Sequence record: NC_047770.1
Source: Escherichia phage ESCO13
DNA length: 64,000 nucleotides
Direction: 5' to 3' (one strand)
This document shows, in pieces, positions 1-9,243 of this stretch (position 1 is the stretch's first letter; every line of letters starts with the position of its first letter). Both the position numbers and the translations under genes were made by a program. Below the pieces are notes generated by a model. The model was not told the origin of the DNA, did not search any database, and saw nothing but the letters and a program-made list of their open reading frames with translations.

Positions 1-795
1 GAGGTTATTGGGGTATCTAAAGATTTAGGCGGTATGCCAGTTCTTAAGGTTCCAAGTGACATTCTAAACAGGGCATCTTTAGATCCTGCTGGGGATGAAG
101 CACAATCTCTTCGAGTTCTCCAAGCCAATATCGCTAACCTGCACTCTGGTGAGCAAGCCTATATGGTATTGCCTTCAGACGTTTATGAAGGCACAGTGAT
201 GCGTCAATACGATCTTGTATTCCAAGGTGTTGATGGCACGGGTAAACAGTTTGACACTCAAGCACTAATCAAACAACGCAAACTGGATATTTATAACCGC
301 TTTGGTGCGGGTGTGTTGATTATGGGTGATGGTGATGCAGGAAGTTTTGCGCTTTCTGACAACAAACAAACACTATTGTCTCATTTTATTGAGCGAGATG
401 TAGATATTGTTGTAGAAGCTATAAACTCTCAACTGATCCCTCAAACACTACGACTAAACAATATCTTCCTTTCTGATGAAGATATGCCTAAGTTTGTCAG
501 TGGTGAAATGGGTGATCCTGATATTGAAGTAAATGCTAAAGCTATTCAGCAGTTGGTAGCCTCTGGTGCAATACCTTTAACCCCAGAAGTTATTAACGAG
601 TTCCTTGAAAAAATTGGTTTTGAATATCGTATCCCTGACGATATTGTTGCCAATAAAGAGAAATTCTTTGAATTCATGGATAACTATATGCCTGACAAAA
701 CTTCACGATCAGGAGATGGTTTAGCTACAGCGGGAACTGGAACGTCTGATACTGTTTCTGCTTTAGATCCTTCGGCACAAAACCTGTCGAATTAA
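1..795 (+). CDS. Portal protein, C-terminal fragment (ORF open at the window start)
   Basis: Reading frame is open from position 1 with no stop before the ATG at 34; it lies directly upstream of the scaffold/decoration/capsid genes. Assignment is by synteny only. Confidence 0.4.
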   Translation, partial: EVIGVSKDLGGMPVLKVPSDILNRASLDPAGDEAQSLRVLQANIANLHSGEQAYMVLPSDVYEGTVMRQYDLVFQGVDGTGKQFDTQALIKQRKLDIYNRFGAGVLIMGDGDAGSFALSDNKQTLLSHFIERDVDIVVEAINSQLIPQTLRLNNIFLSDEDMPKFVSGEMGDPDIEVNAKAIQQLVASGAIPLTPEVINEFLEKIGFEYRIPDDIVANKEKFFEFMDNYMPDKTSRSGDGLATAGTGTSDTVSALDPSAQNLSN

Positions 796-823
796 AAATA
801 TTTAATATTTTTTAATTTTTCTA

Positions 824-852
824 TTGACAAAACAACAAATATCCTGTAGACT
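824..852 (+). promoter_or_regulatory. Sigma70-like promoter candidate (TTGACA-N17-TAGACT) upstream of the 889 gene
   Basis: TTGACA at about 824-829, 17-nt spacer, TAGACT at about 847-852, AT-rich upstream tract; RBS AAGAGG and ATG at 889 follow. Confidence 0.45.
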
Positions 853-888
853 AAGATTTATGGGATATCTGTTTTTAAGAGGTTTCAA

Positions 889-1368
889 ATGGAACTCAAT
901 AAAGATACACTGTGGGAACTCTTCAAAACCTTCGCTGGTTTTAAAGAGAATTCTGAATCCCAACAAGATTCTATACCATCTCAAAAACCTGAAACTCTAG
1001 TCAAACAAAATAAATTTGATGAAGAAAAGATGCAGGTTATTGAGGTCTTGTATTGTCCACCTGAAGAAGACGATCTCCACGGAGAGCGCATGTCTGATTT
1101 GGAAATCAGGAAGATGGTTGACAACTTCAATGAGAATATTACCAACATTAGTGGTAATCTTGGTCACATGAAGAACACCGATAAGTTTTCTCCAATTAAA
1201 GCTTGGGTAAATGAAGTCGATTGTTACATTGGTGACGAACTCGTTGTGGAAGGAACTCCCCTCGTTAAAATCCAATTCAACGACCCTGAATTATATCAAG
1301 CTCGTAAAGACGGCGTTCTTAAAGGTTTGAGTATAGGCGCAATGGGCGTTAAAGTCAAGAAGGACTAA
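889..1368 (+). CDS. Hypothetical head morphogenesis protein (between portal and scaffold)
   Basis: 159 aa ORF with RBS; position suggests a head assembly role; no protease motif recognised. Confidence 0.4.
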   Translation: MELNKDTLWELFKTFAGFKENSESQQDSIPSQKPETLVKQNKFDEEKMQVIEVLYCPPEEDDLHGERMSDLEIRKMVDNFNENITNISGNLGHMKNTDKFSPIKAWVNEVDCYIGDELVVEGTPLVKIQFNDPELYQARKDGVLKGLSIGAMGVKVKKD

Positions 1369-1370
1369 TC

Positions 1371-2486
1371 GTGGCAAATACATATTTAACTAACGTAGAC
1401 TTTTCTGGAAAAGCTACGGAAGAGTCACTAGGTGCTCATATTGCTTACACTTTTGATTTTCAAGGTGGAGCGGCATCTGGTTATAATACCCCCCTTTTAT
1501 TTAAGTCAGACGGATCTCCAGACATAACTTTTGAAAAGTTAGAAGCTCTCACTAAAATGGGAGAAGATGTTACAGAGTTACGTAAAAGCTATATTCAACA
1601 AGTGATGGATCGCATTTCTGAAAAAGTGCGTGAAAAATTTGAAGCTGGTTGGGATTGGGTTTACGTTATTGATGCTGACTTCGATGCGAACGTTGCAATT
1701 TTCTGTTCAGATAACGGTATGTTCTCTGTTGGCTTTAAAGTTGACGGACTGAATGTTGAAGTTGAAGAGGTTGCTAAACCTGTTGTTCGTGTTACTGATT
1801 ATCAAGTTGTTGATGGTGATGTAATGATCTCCATTGATTTCTTTGAGGACGTTTTAGACGATGCTTTGAGTAATCTCGTTAAGAGTTCCTTGAAACAAAG
1901 TCAAGTTAAAGATTATTTAGTGAAAGCTCACGCTAAAGCTAATACAAACTCTGTGGATGCAGAGGCTAACCCCGCAGGTGATAAATCTGCAAACACAACT
2001 GGAATCAATAAAGGAGAAACCCCTTTGGAAAATATCAACAAAGAAGAATTCCTGAAATCTGCTGAATTCCAAGAACTGATGAAAGCACAGATCGCTGAAG
2101 CTGTAGAAAAAGCAGCCGCAGATGCACGTGCAGCCGCAGAACTTGAAGCACAGGAAAAAATCGCTAAGGCAGAACAGGAAGCAGAAGAACTTCGTAAAGC
2201 TGAACAAGCTCGTATCGAAGAAGAATATACAACTGTTGTTAAATCCTATTCTTTCGTAGAAGAAGACAAAGTTGAAGCTCTCGTTAAATATCTGGTAGAC
2301 AATAAAGATATCGCTGAAACTATCGTCAAAGCATTCGAAAAAGCACGTGCAGAAGTGGACGCAGTTAAGAAAGAATTTGGAGCAGAACGTGGTGTTGATG
2401 TGATCAATACTCAACCTGTAGCTAAATCTTCTTCTGAACTGATTAGTCAGAAAGCTGCTGAACTTAAAAAAGCCCAGAAACAATAA
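1371..2486 (+). CDS. Scaffolding-like protein (GTG start)
   Basis: 371 aa; C-terminal half is Ala/Glu/Lys-rich helical coiled-coil-like (AEAVEKAAADARAAAELEAQEKIAKAEQEAEELRKAEQ); lies immediately upstream of the decoration and capsid genes. Confidence 0.5.
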   Translation: MANTYLTNVDFSGKATEESLGAHIAYTFDFQGGAASGYNTPLLFKSDGSPDITFEKLEALTKMGEDVTELRKSYIQQVMDRISEKVREKFEAGWDWVYVIDADFDANVAIFCSDNGMFSVGFKVDGLNVEVEEVAKPVVRVTDYQVVDGDVMISIDFFEDVLDDALSNLVKSSLKQSQVKDYLVKAHAKANTNSVDAEANPAGDKSANTTGINKGETPLENINKEEFLKSAEFQELMKAQIAEAVEKAAADARAAAELEAQEKIAKAEQEAEELRKAEQARIEEEYTTVVKSYSFVEEDKVEALVKYLVDNKDIAETIVKAFEKARAEVDAVKKEFGAERGVDVINTQPVAKSSSELISQKAAELKKAQKQ

Positions 2487-2505
2487 TCTTAGGAGATTAA
2501 ATTAA

Positions 2506-2904
2506 ATGGCTAAAGGAATTACTTTATCTAACTCTCGCCAGGAATTCGGACACCTGGTTCTGGGTGGAGTGTTTAGCTCTGACCTTGGACACTGTGTACG
2601 TGAAGTTAACCTGGTTAAAACAGCAACCATGAAAATTGGTTCTATCCTGAAAGCTGACAACACTGAAGCTGCTAAAGCTGAAGCTGCCGATGCTGCTAAA
2701 GTTCTGATTTGGACTGATGCTCTGTTCGGTATTGATGATGTAGCAGTAGGTGACACTTTCACCGCAGTTGTTGGCGTACGTGATCTTACTCTGAACCGCT
2801 TTGCAGTATACTACAAAGATGGCTCCCTGGTAGATGACGCTGGCGTAGCAGCACTGGAAACACATGATCTGAAACTGACCGAAAAAGTCGTTTTCACTTC
2901 TTAA
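2506..2904 (+). CDS. Putative head decoration protein (gpD-like position)
   Basis: 132 aa; strong RBS AGGAG; immediately precedes the major capsid gene as in lambda D-E order. Confidence 0.4.
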   Translation: MAKGITLSNSRQEFGHLVLGGVFSSDLGHCVREVNLVKTATMKIGSILKADNTEAAKAEAADAAKVLIWTDALFGIDDVAVGDTFTAVVGVRDLTLNRFAVYYKDGSLVDDAGVAALETHDLKLTEKVVFTS

Positions 2905-2925
2905 TTTTAATAGGAGATTAATATA

Positions 2926-3927
2926 ATGCCAGCAGTAATTTTAGATCAGGTTGTAGATTTCAGCCCTATGATCGAACTTCAGGATTCCCCTGATACACTG
3001 ATTGCCAGCCTGAATCTGTTCAGTGTTGACTATCATTCAACTACCGCTATTGAAATCGGTAAAGAAAAAGCTGAAGATGCTCTGATCTCCGCTCGTGAGC
3101 GTGGTGGTGAGCGTAACTTCCTGACCATGAAAAATCCAGAACTGAAAGCGTTCCGCATTCCGTTCTTCCCTCTGGATAAAAACATCAAAGCTCAAGATAT
3201 TCAATCTTTCCGTAGCTTTGCAATGGCAGGAATCAATGACTCTCTGCGCACAGACGCTGAAGTTGTTAACCGTTATATGTCCCAGATTCTGCGTGACGTA
3301 GCAAAAACCAAAGAGAAAATCTTTGCAGAAGCAGTTATGGGTCGTGCCTATAACGGCGTAGGTGGTGCAGCTAACTCTGCATACAACTGGTATACCGAGT
3401 GGAATGCTACCCAGAAATCTGTTGCTGTAGACTTTGCTTCTACCACTGTTTCTCCAGCAGCCACTATCGAACAAGAAGCTCGTGCTTACATCATCGATAC
3501 TAAACAAGATGGCTCTACCGCTACCCGTATCGTAGCTCTGTGTTCTCGTGAATTTTTCGCATCTCTGGTTAACTCTCCATTTGTTCGCCAGGCGTATCAG
3601 TATTTCCAGGGAACTCCTAACCTTCTGCGTGACCGCCTTAGCGGTAACATGGATGTTCAGGTGTTCGAATGGAACGGTGTAACTTACATTGAAGATATCC
3701 ACGGTAACATCCCTGCTGGTGAAGCATATGTTCTGCCTATGGGTATCGAAGGTATGTTCCAGGCGCACTACGCTCCTGCGGATACTCCAGAACTGGCTAA
3801 CACCCAGGCTCGTGAACTGTATACCTTCATGATCAGCCAGCACCGCACTATTCAGCTTCAGTCTGAATTCTCGCTGCTCGCAGTTAACACCCGTCCAGAA
3901 CTGGTAGTTAAACTGACTACGGCTTAA
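2926..3927 (+). CDS. Major capsid protein, lambda gpE-like
   Basis: 333 aa; C-terminal region (VLPMGIEG...NTQARELYTF) resembles lambda gpE (NTMVLGNTQARGLRTYG, recalled from memory); strong RBS GGAG; followed by a rho-independent terminator. Confidence 0.75.
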   Translation: MPAVILDQVVDFSPMIELQDSPDTLIASLNLFSVDYHSTTAIEIGKEKAEDALISARERGGERNFLTMKNPELKAFRIPFFPLDKNIKAQDIQSFRSFAMAGINDSLRTDAEVVNRYMSQILRDVAKTKEKIFAEAVMGRAYNGVGGAANSAYNWYTEWNATQKSVAVDFASTTVSPAATIEQEARAYIIDTKQDGSTATRIVALCSREFFASLVNSPFVRQAYQYFQGTPNLLRDRLSGNMDVQVFEWNGVTYIEDIHGNIPAGEAYVLPMGIEGMFQAHYAPADTPELANTQARELYTFMISQHRTIQLQSEFSLLAVNTRPELVVKLTTA

Positions 3928-3947
3928 CAGAACTCTGTTAATATTAG

Positions 3948-3981
3948 AGGCTCGTCCGTGATGGGCGAGCCTTTTCTGTTT
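3948..3981 (+). terminator. Rho-independent terminator after the major capsid gene
   Basis: Stem AGGCTCG/CGAGCCT followed by TTTTCTGTTT. Confidence 0.6.
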
Positions 3982-4011
3982 ACAATAAGAGTTTACAATG
4001 AGGAGATTGAT

Positions 4012-4356
4012 ATGTCAAACCCAGAATTGAAACGTTACTTTAGTTATCACGAAATGATTCGTGATTTCGAATCGCTTTCACCACTGATTGATGCTGATAA
4101 AACATTAGTATCTGCGCCACCAATGTCTTTCTATCTGAAAGATGGTCGTATTGCATTAGGTGGAAACTTCATTCACTTCCTCACGCGTTTGAGAGAAGAA
4201 ACAGGTATTCTTGTGCATCCTTTTGCAAGTGAAGAACACATGGGTTACTATCTTGTAAGTTACGAAGACTATGCACCTGTAAAAATCAAAGAAGAAGTTT
4301 TAAAAGTAGAAGCGGTAGACACTCCAGCTAAAAAACGTTCCCTTCGTAAAAAATAA
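4012..4356 (+). CDS. Hypothetical protein (head completion/neck candidate)
   Basis: Track ORF 3958-4356 begins inside the terminator; the in-frame ATG at 4012 preceded by AGGAG is the more likely start. Confidence 0.45.
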   Translation: MSNPELKRYFSYHEMIRDFESLSPLIDADKTLVSAPPMSFYLKDGRIALGGNFIHFLTRLREETGILVHPFASEEHMGYYLVSYEDYAPVKIKEEVLKVEAVDTPAKKRSLRKK

Positions 4357-4365
4357 GGTGGGCTT

Positions 4366-4914
4366 ATGCTGAATGCGGTAGAGTTGGCACCACTGATCCG
4401 AATTCTTGTTTATAACCCTTCTCAAGAAGTATTGCCAGATGCAATGCTGATTCAGATCGTCCAAACTTGGATTGATATTATAGGGAATGAAGATAAGGAT
4501 AAGTGTGCAGTATTGTGGAACAGCTTGATTTCTGTTTTAGAGTATTTATGGAACAACGATGTTCTTAATAACAATACTCAAACAGGAGGAGCTATGTCCC
4601 GCAGAGAAAAGATGGGTGAAGTCGAAGTTGAAGTTAAATTTAACAACGGTCAAGTAACTTATAAGTCTCCGTGGGAAGATATCTATCATAACTATTTAAA
4701 TGGTCTTATGGTGATCCCTGGGTGCACGGCAGGACGAGGAGCAACCAGTAAAGTTCTTATTGGTGGTGTTGATGCTCGTGAGATTGATCGAGTAAACAGT
4801 GATCCTAACTCTGTAAATGGTCTTGGTAATGTTGCAAGTGTTGATCGTAATACACGCAACGTTAATTATTTGCGAAATTACGGACCTGTTTCTTTTTATC
4901 GTAGGGACAAATAA
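4366..4914 (+). CDS. Hypothetical neck/head-tail connector protein
   Basis: 182 aa ORF in the head-tail joining region; no motif recognised. Confidence 0.4.
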   Translation: MLNAVELAPLIRILVYNPSQEVLPDAMLIQIVQTWIDIIGNEDKDKCAVLWNSLISVLEYLWNNDVLNNNTQTGGAMSRREKMGEVEVEVKFNNGQVTYKSPWEDIYHNYLNGLMVIPGCTAGRGATSKVLIGGVDAREIDRVNSDPNSVNGLGNVASVDRNTRNVNYLRNYGPVSFYRRDK

Positions 4915-5402
4915 TGGAAAGTGAGATCTTACCAGGTGACGATACAGATTGGGAAACCATTATCAAAAAGATGATGGACCTTGAACAAGTTCAAATCGAA
5001 GCTGGTTTTTTAACAAACAAAAGGCATCCTGAATCAGATCTCACTATTCCTGCAATAGCAGCTATTCAACAATATGGTAATGAAACAAACAACATACCTG
5101 CTCGCCCTTTTATAACAGATGGTGCTGTTATCTCACAGAACAATATCGCTAAAAAGATGAAGCAGGTTTTTGCAAATTACCTAATGAACAATGTTGGGTT
5201 GGCTGTTTTTGAGCCTATAGCGAGAGCCTCTAGAGAAGGAATAGCTCAAGCGATTGCAATGCAACGTTATCGTCCTTTATCTCCTGTGACAATTAAGATA
5301 CGACAAGATAAAGGCAACTATTCTAATCATATCTTAATAGATACGGCATATATGATAAATGCAATCGAAACAAAAATCACAAAAAGCAAGTCTAAAAAAT
5401 AA
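4914..5402 (+). CDS. Hypothetical virion protein (neck or tail completion candidate)
   Basis: 162 aa; start overlaps the previous stop (ATGA-type coupling); position between capsid and sheath. Confidence 0.35.
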   Translation: MESEILPGDDTDWETIIKKMMDLEQVQIEAGFLTNKRHPESDLTIPAIAAIQQYGNETNNIPARPFITDGAVISQNNIAKKMKQVFANYLMNNVGLAVFEPIARASREGIAQAIAMQRYRPLSPVTIKIRQDKGNYSNHILIDTAYMINAIETKITKSKSKK

Positions 5403-5403
5403 C

Positions 5404-5432
5404 TTGCATAAACTTTGTTTTTGATGTATACT
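5404..5432 (+). promoter_or_regulatory. Weak sigma70-like promoter candidate (TTGCAT-N17-TATACT)
   Basis: Hexamers with a 17-nt spacer, but the -10 sits only about 5 nt from the RBS of the next gene, which weakens the call. Confidence 0.25.
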
Positions 5433-5447
5433 AAAAAGGAGATACAA

Positions 5448-5864
5448 GTGTTACTAGATCAATTTACTCTCCTTGATCTAACTGAATACCAAGGTCGTAG
5501 ACGAGTCTACAAAGAGGCCGTTGGTTCAGTTATTGCTAACTTAGAAAGTAGTGTAGAATATGAACCATTTACTATTGAAGCTGCAAGCTTACAACCGATA
5601 TCTGGTAAAACACTGAATGCACTACCTGAAGGTTACAGATCTAAGGCTCAATATAGTTTCTGGACTAAAACAGAAATGAAGGGGTTACAACAAGGAACAG
5701 AACAGCTATCAGATCAGATATTGATAGATGGTAAATGGTATTCTGTTTATTCCCTTAAAGATTGGACCAGAACATCTTTCTTAGTCCATCATCACTGTGT
5801 TGCAATATTAGACGATCAAAACAACTCCTGGTCTTATGGAACAGAAGGAGGAAACTTTGGCTAA
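5448..5864 (+). CDS. Hypothetical protein
   Basis: Track ORF starts at TTG 5415; GTG at 5448 with RBS AGGAG 6 nt upstream is the more likely start. Confidence 0.4.
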   Translation: MLLDQFTLLDLTEYQGRRRVYKEAVGSVIANLESSVEYEPFTIEAASLQPISGKTLNALPEGYRSKAQYSFWTKTEMKGLQQGTEQLSDQILIDGKWYSVYSLKDWTRTSFLVHHHCVAILDDQNNSWSYGTEGGNFG

Positions 5865-6495
5865 TATTTACCAACAAATAGAAGCATACGAAAATGCCAT
5901 CTACTTAAATATAGGTGGCTTCCTTCAAGAATTAGTGGGGTTGCCAGTCTATGTTATGGATAAGCCATTCATTAAACCGGATACTCCTTACCTAGCACTA
6001 CGTATTATCACTTCCAGCGATTCTGGAGGTTGGTCTTACCGAAGCTCTATTCAAAATGATATGTATTCCTACGAGATGGATAATACCTACGAGATTGAAC
6101 TCGTAGCCTATCGTGGAAGACCTACCACTTTGATGAGCTATGTTCTGGCTGCTCTCCGTGGTGCAGAGGAATTAAAATACAAACATCTCTATTCTAAAGG
6201 TCTTGGTTTTTTAGGAGCCTCTAATATAGCTCAAGCCAATACAATTGTAGACGGAGATAAGACTGAATTAAGAGCGCGTATGGTTATGACGTTCAACACT
6301 CGCATGAGTATTGAAGATATTGCTACTACACCAATAGAAGCAATCAACATGCACATCCGTTCATTCAGAGATAGTTACAATGATCCTATCCCTTTAGATT
6401 TAATTCTAAACAGGGTTTATGCAATTACTTTGGTTCCAGGCGAATACTCGTCAGTTAATCAAAATGGATCATTATTTAACAACCCTACCGAATAA
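5836..6495 (+). CDS. Hypothetical protein (tail terminator/sheath initiator candidate)
   Basis: 219 aa; possible alternative start TTG at about 5857 after AAGGAGG; immediately upstream of the sheath gene. Confidence 0.4.
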   Translation: MEQKEETLANIYQQIEAYENAIYLNIGGFLQELVGLPVYVMDKPFIKPDTPYLALRIITSSDSGGWSYRSSIQNDMYSYEMDNTYEIELVAYRGRPTTLMSYVLAALRGAEELKYKHLYSKGLGFLGASNIAQANTIVDGDKTELRARMVMTFNTRMSIEDIATTPIEAINMHIRSFRDSYNDPIPLDLILNRVYAITLVPGEYSSVNQNGSLFNNPTE

Positions 6496-6529
6496 ACTCA
6501 TTGGAATTAAGTTTCTAACAGGAGCATAA

Positions 6530-7903
6530 ATGGCAACTTTTCGTGAAAAGGTAGCAACCGTAACTTTACTGTATGGTGCTACATCAATTCGTGAAACCCA
6601 GTTCGATATTCCCCTGATCCTTACAGGTCAGAACGTAACTGGCGAAGCGATTCAATATTACTCTTCTTCCGATGCACTTTTGGAAGCAGGTTATGGATTA
6701 AATGATCCAGCGTATATTATGGCAGTCAAACTGTTTAACGGTTTGTTCCCACCAGATCAAGTTATGGTTGGTAAGCGTGAAGTTACAAACTTTACTCTAA
6801 CTCCAATCGTAGAAGATAGTGCAACTTACACAATTACCATCAAAAATGGTACCAAGAAAAAAGAATTTAAATTCATTGCTGATGACACTGCAACTGCACA
6901 AGAGATTGTAGTTGGTCTGACTGAAATGATCAATGCAGATCTTGTTTATGGCCCACTGTTTACAGTAGCTAACAACGGCGCTGCAATGACTTTCACTCCA
7001 GTAGAAGGTAAGTTTGGTTCTATTGACAGCACAGGTTTCACTCAAGAAACTGTCTATGCTAATGCTATTACGGAAGATATTGCTGCTCTGCATGATATTG
7101 ATAGTAGCTGGTTCTGGACCCTTTCAGATTCCCATGAAACAGAAGATGTTCTAGCTTTGGCTGCATGGGTAGAAGAGAATGATAAAGTTTACTTCTTCTC
7201 TAGCTCTGAACCTGGAATTAAAACGAAAGCAGAAGATAACGTTCTGGAACGACTGAATGACCTCGGTTATAATAACACTTGCTTTGCTTTGTGGATGACC
7301 GATGCAGATTCTGTATTCCCAGAAGCAGCAGTTGTTGGTGCAATCTGTTCTCGTCAACCTGGTTTAACTACTCTTCACGGTAAAACACTGGTAGGTGTAG
7401 AGATCGAGAAACTGGATCAGACTTCGGAAAACAATATTGTTCAACAGAACGGTAACATCTATCGTAAAGAGCATGGAACTCTGTTCTATCGTGATGGATT
7501 GATGGTTAGCGGTTTCTTTGTTGACTATGTTGTTCATGCTTTGTGGTTTAAAGCTCGCACAGAAGAATCACTGTTTACACTGTTTAAACAACAGTCTATG
7601 CTGGGCGGTGGTGTTCGTGCTACTTCAAACGGTCTAGCTTTGATTCGACAAGCTGTTCTGGCTAACCCGATCCAAGTAGGTATCCTCAACGGTTCCATCG
7701 CTAATGAAGTTGTTACTTCTGAAGAGACTGGTTTGCGTGTCGATCTGAAACCTATAGTTTATATTCCTTCTCGTGCCGATATGACCGATGCGCAAATCAA
7801 TGCTCGTCTGGTTGATGGGATGAAGATTGAATATGTTTACGCTGGCTTCTTCCATTACGTTAAAGTTCAGGTCAACGTCCTGACTAACCGTACTGCAAAC
7901 TAA
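6530..7903 (+). CDS. Tail sheath protein
   Basis: 457 aa; size and position immediately before the ~159 aa tube gene and the chaperone/tape-measure pair; a hairpin follows. Confidence 0.55.
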   Translation: MATFREKVATVTLLYGATSIRETQFDIPLILTGQNVTGEAIQYYSSSDALLEAGYGLNDPAYIMAVKLFNGLFPPDQVMVGKREVTNFTLTPIVEDSATYTITIKNGTKKKEFKFIADDTATAQEIVVGLTEMINADLVYGPLFTVANNGAAMTFTPVEGKFGSIDSTGFTQETVYANAITEDIAALHDIDSSWFWTLSDSHETEDVLALAAWVEENDKVYFFSSSEPGIKTKAEDNVLERLNDLGYNNTCFALWMTDADSVFPEAAVVGAICSRQPGLTTLHGKTLVGVEIEKLDQTSENNIVQQNGNIYRKEHGTLFYRDGLMVSGFFVDYVVHALWFKARTEESLFTLFKQQSMLGGGVRATSNGLALIRQAVLANPIQVGILNGSIANEVVTSEETGLRVDLKPIVYIPSRADMTDAQINARLVDGMKIEYVYAGFFHYVKVQVNVLTNRTAN

Positions 7904-7908
7904 TACGG

Positions 7909-7925
7909 CGGGGGTTAAGCCCCCG
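7909..7925 (+). terminator. GC hairpin after the sheath gene (terminator-like, weak U tract)
   Basis: CGGGGG-TTAAG-CCCCCG followed by TTATC. Confidence 0.35.
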
Positions 7926-7949
7926 TTATCAAAATAAAGAGGATCTATA

Positions 7950-8429
7950 ATGGATAAAATGCTTACTGGCGTAATGGCCTACGACCCATCTCAAGTTATC
8001 CTTTCATTAGGTGGTTGGGAACCGTGGGGTTTTGCGGCTGATACTAAAATCGTTATTGCTAAATCTAACGATATTATCAACCCTTATTCAGGGACTGATG
8101 GGGACGTTTCATTAGCTTTGAGTCGTAACCGTTTGGGAACACTCACAATGTCTTTGCAACGCACATCTCCAGCTAACGAAGTACTTGCAACATATGCACA
8201 AACAATGTATTCTACTCGTCAAGTAGCATTCAGTGTTTACTTGGAAGACCCACGTGGCTATTACATTAGCACGATTGGATGGATTCAAAGTCAGCCTGAA
8301 GATACTATTGGCGAAATGATTACAGAGAACCAATGGGTTATTGGTCTTAAAGATGCAAGCCTTCTGCGTAATGAAGTTGGTGTAGGTTTGAGCACCCTTA
8401 ACTCAATCTCTGCTCTGACAATTCAATAA
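7950..8429 (+). CDS. Tail tube protein
   Basis: 159 aa; RBS AGAGGA; position after the sheath gene; terminator downstream. Confidence 0.55.
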   Translation: MDKMLTGVMAYDPSQVILSLGGWEPWGFAADTKIVIAKSNDIINPYSGTDGDVSLALSRNRLGTLTMSLQRTSPANEVLATYAQTMYSTRQVAFSVYLEDPRGYYISTIGWIQSQPEDTIGEMITENQWVIGLKDASLLRNEVGVGLSTLNSISALTIQ

Positions 8430-8434
8430 TAAAT

Positions 8435-8457
8435 AAAGGGCAGAAATGCCCTTTTTA
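8435..8457 (+). terminator. Rho-independent terminator after the tube gene
   Basis: AAAGGGC-AGAAAT-GCCCTTT followed by a T run. Confidence 0.55.
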
Positions 8458-8474
8458 TCATTAGAGAGGAAAAT

Positions 8475-8957
8475 ATGTCACAAGAACAAGATAACACAAT
8501 TCAAAAATATGCTCGACCAGAAGAAGTAGTTGAGATTCCGTTAGATGGAAACAGATCTGTTACTTTCCGTATTATGAAGTGGAGTCCATCTAAAGTGTTT
8601 GACAGGATTCCAGAATTAGGTAGTGTTCTGGTTGTTCCTATGACTATGTATAGCACAGCAACAATGTCCGCAGACGAAGACCTTGAGTCACGTATTGCTA
8701 TGGCACTGATCCAACTTTTTGCAGGTTTGGAAGAAAAGAATTTAACTGTCTTTTTGCGTAAAATTTTAGATGAGGTTTATACCCAAGACGGTTATAACGT
8801 TGCAGAAAATTTTGATGAATTATTTATGGCTCACCCAGAACTAGTGTTAGATCTTACTGCTAAAGTTCTGGAGGTAAACTACGGCCCTTTTTTCAAACGA
8901 GGTTTCGGAAAACTGTTCACACAGCTTCAGGCGATGACGAGTTTAGCAGCAAATTAA
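8475..8957 (+). CDS. Tail assembly chaperone (0-frame product)
   Basis: 160 aa ORF immediately upstream of the tape measure; an overlapping -1 frame ORF follows. Confidence 0.55.
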   Translation: MSQEQDNTIQKYARPEEVVEIPLDGNRSVTFRIMKWSPSKVFDRIPELGSVLVVPMTMYSTATMSADEDLESRIAMALIQLFAGLEEKNLTVFLRKILDEVYTQDGYNVAENFDELFMAHPELVLDLTAKVLEVNYGPFFKRGFGKLFTQLQAMTSLAAN

Positions 8958-9223
8958 CACCTGCGATTGAACATGCTATCGACACAGCAACGAAAACCCT
9001 TACTTTGAAGTGGTATGAGGTTATTCTTTGCAAAGTCGTTAAAGATACCTCGGAAACACTGAAAACATTGGATAACTACGGTGTAGATTATCTTTTAAAA
9101 CTATATGAGTATTTAACATACGAAGAGTATGTTGAAGCCATGTATGTTAAAGACACTTCAATAAAGAGAAAACATCAAAACCAGACAAATAAAATGTCAG
9201 ATTTGTTTAAGAAACTTGTTTAA
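8864..9223 (+). CDS. Tail assembly chaperone -1 frameshift extension (G/GT-like)
   Basis: The -1 frame relative to 8475-8957 is open from about 8864 to 9223; slippery heptamer T_TTT_TTC at about 8888-8894 lies in the overlap; predicted fusion about 250 aa. Confidence 0.45.
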   Translation, partial: SSGGKLRPFFQTRFRKTVHTASGDDEFSSKLTPAIEHAIDTATKTLTLKWYEVILCKVVKDTSETLKTLDNYGVDYLLKLYEYLTYEEYVEAMYVKDTSIKRKHQNQTNKMSDLFKKLV

Positions 9224-9243
9224 TCCAACACGAGGAACATACT

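Noticed and set aside
1917-2483. 188-aa minus-strand ORF inside the scaffold gene
   Set aside because: Low-complexity Phe/Cys/Ser-rich translation of the antisense of a GAA/GCT-rich coding region; an artefact of codon composition.
3037-3843. 268-aa ORF on the minus strand inside the major capsid gene
   Set aside because: Antisense to a strongly supported, highly expressed CDS; no RBS and no recognisable motif, so it is most likely a spurious open frame.
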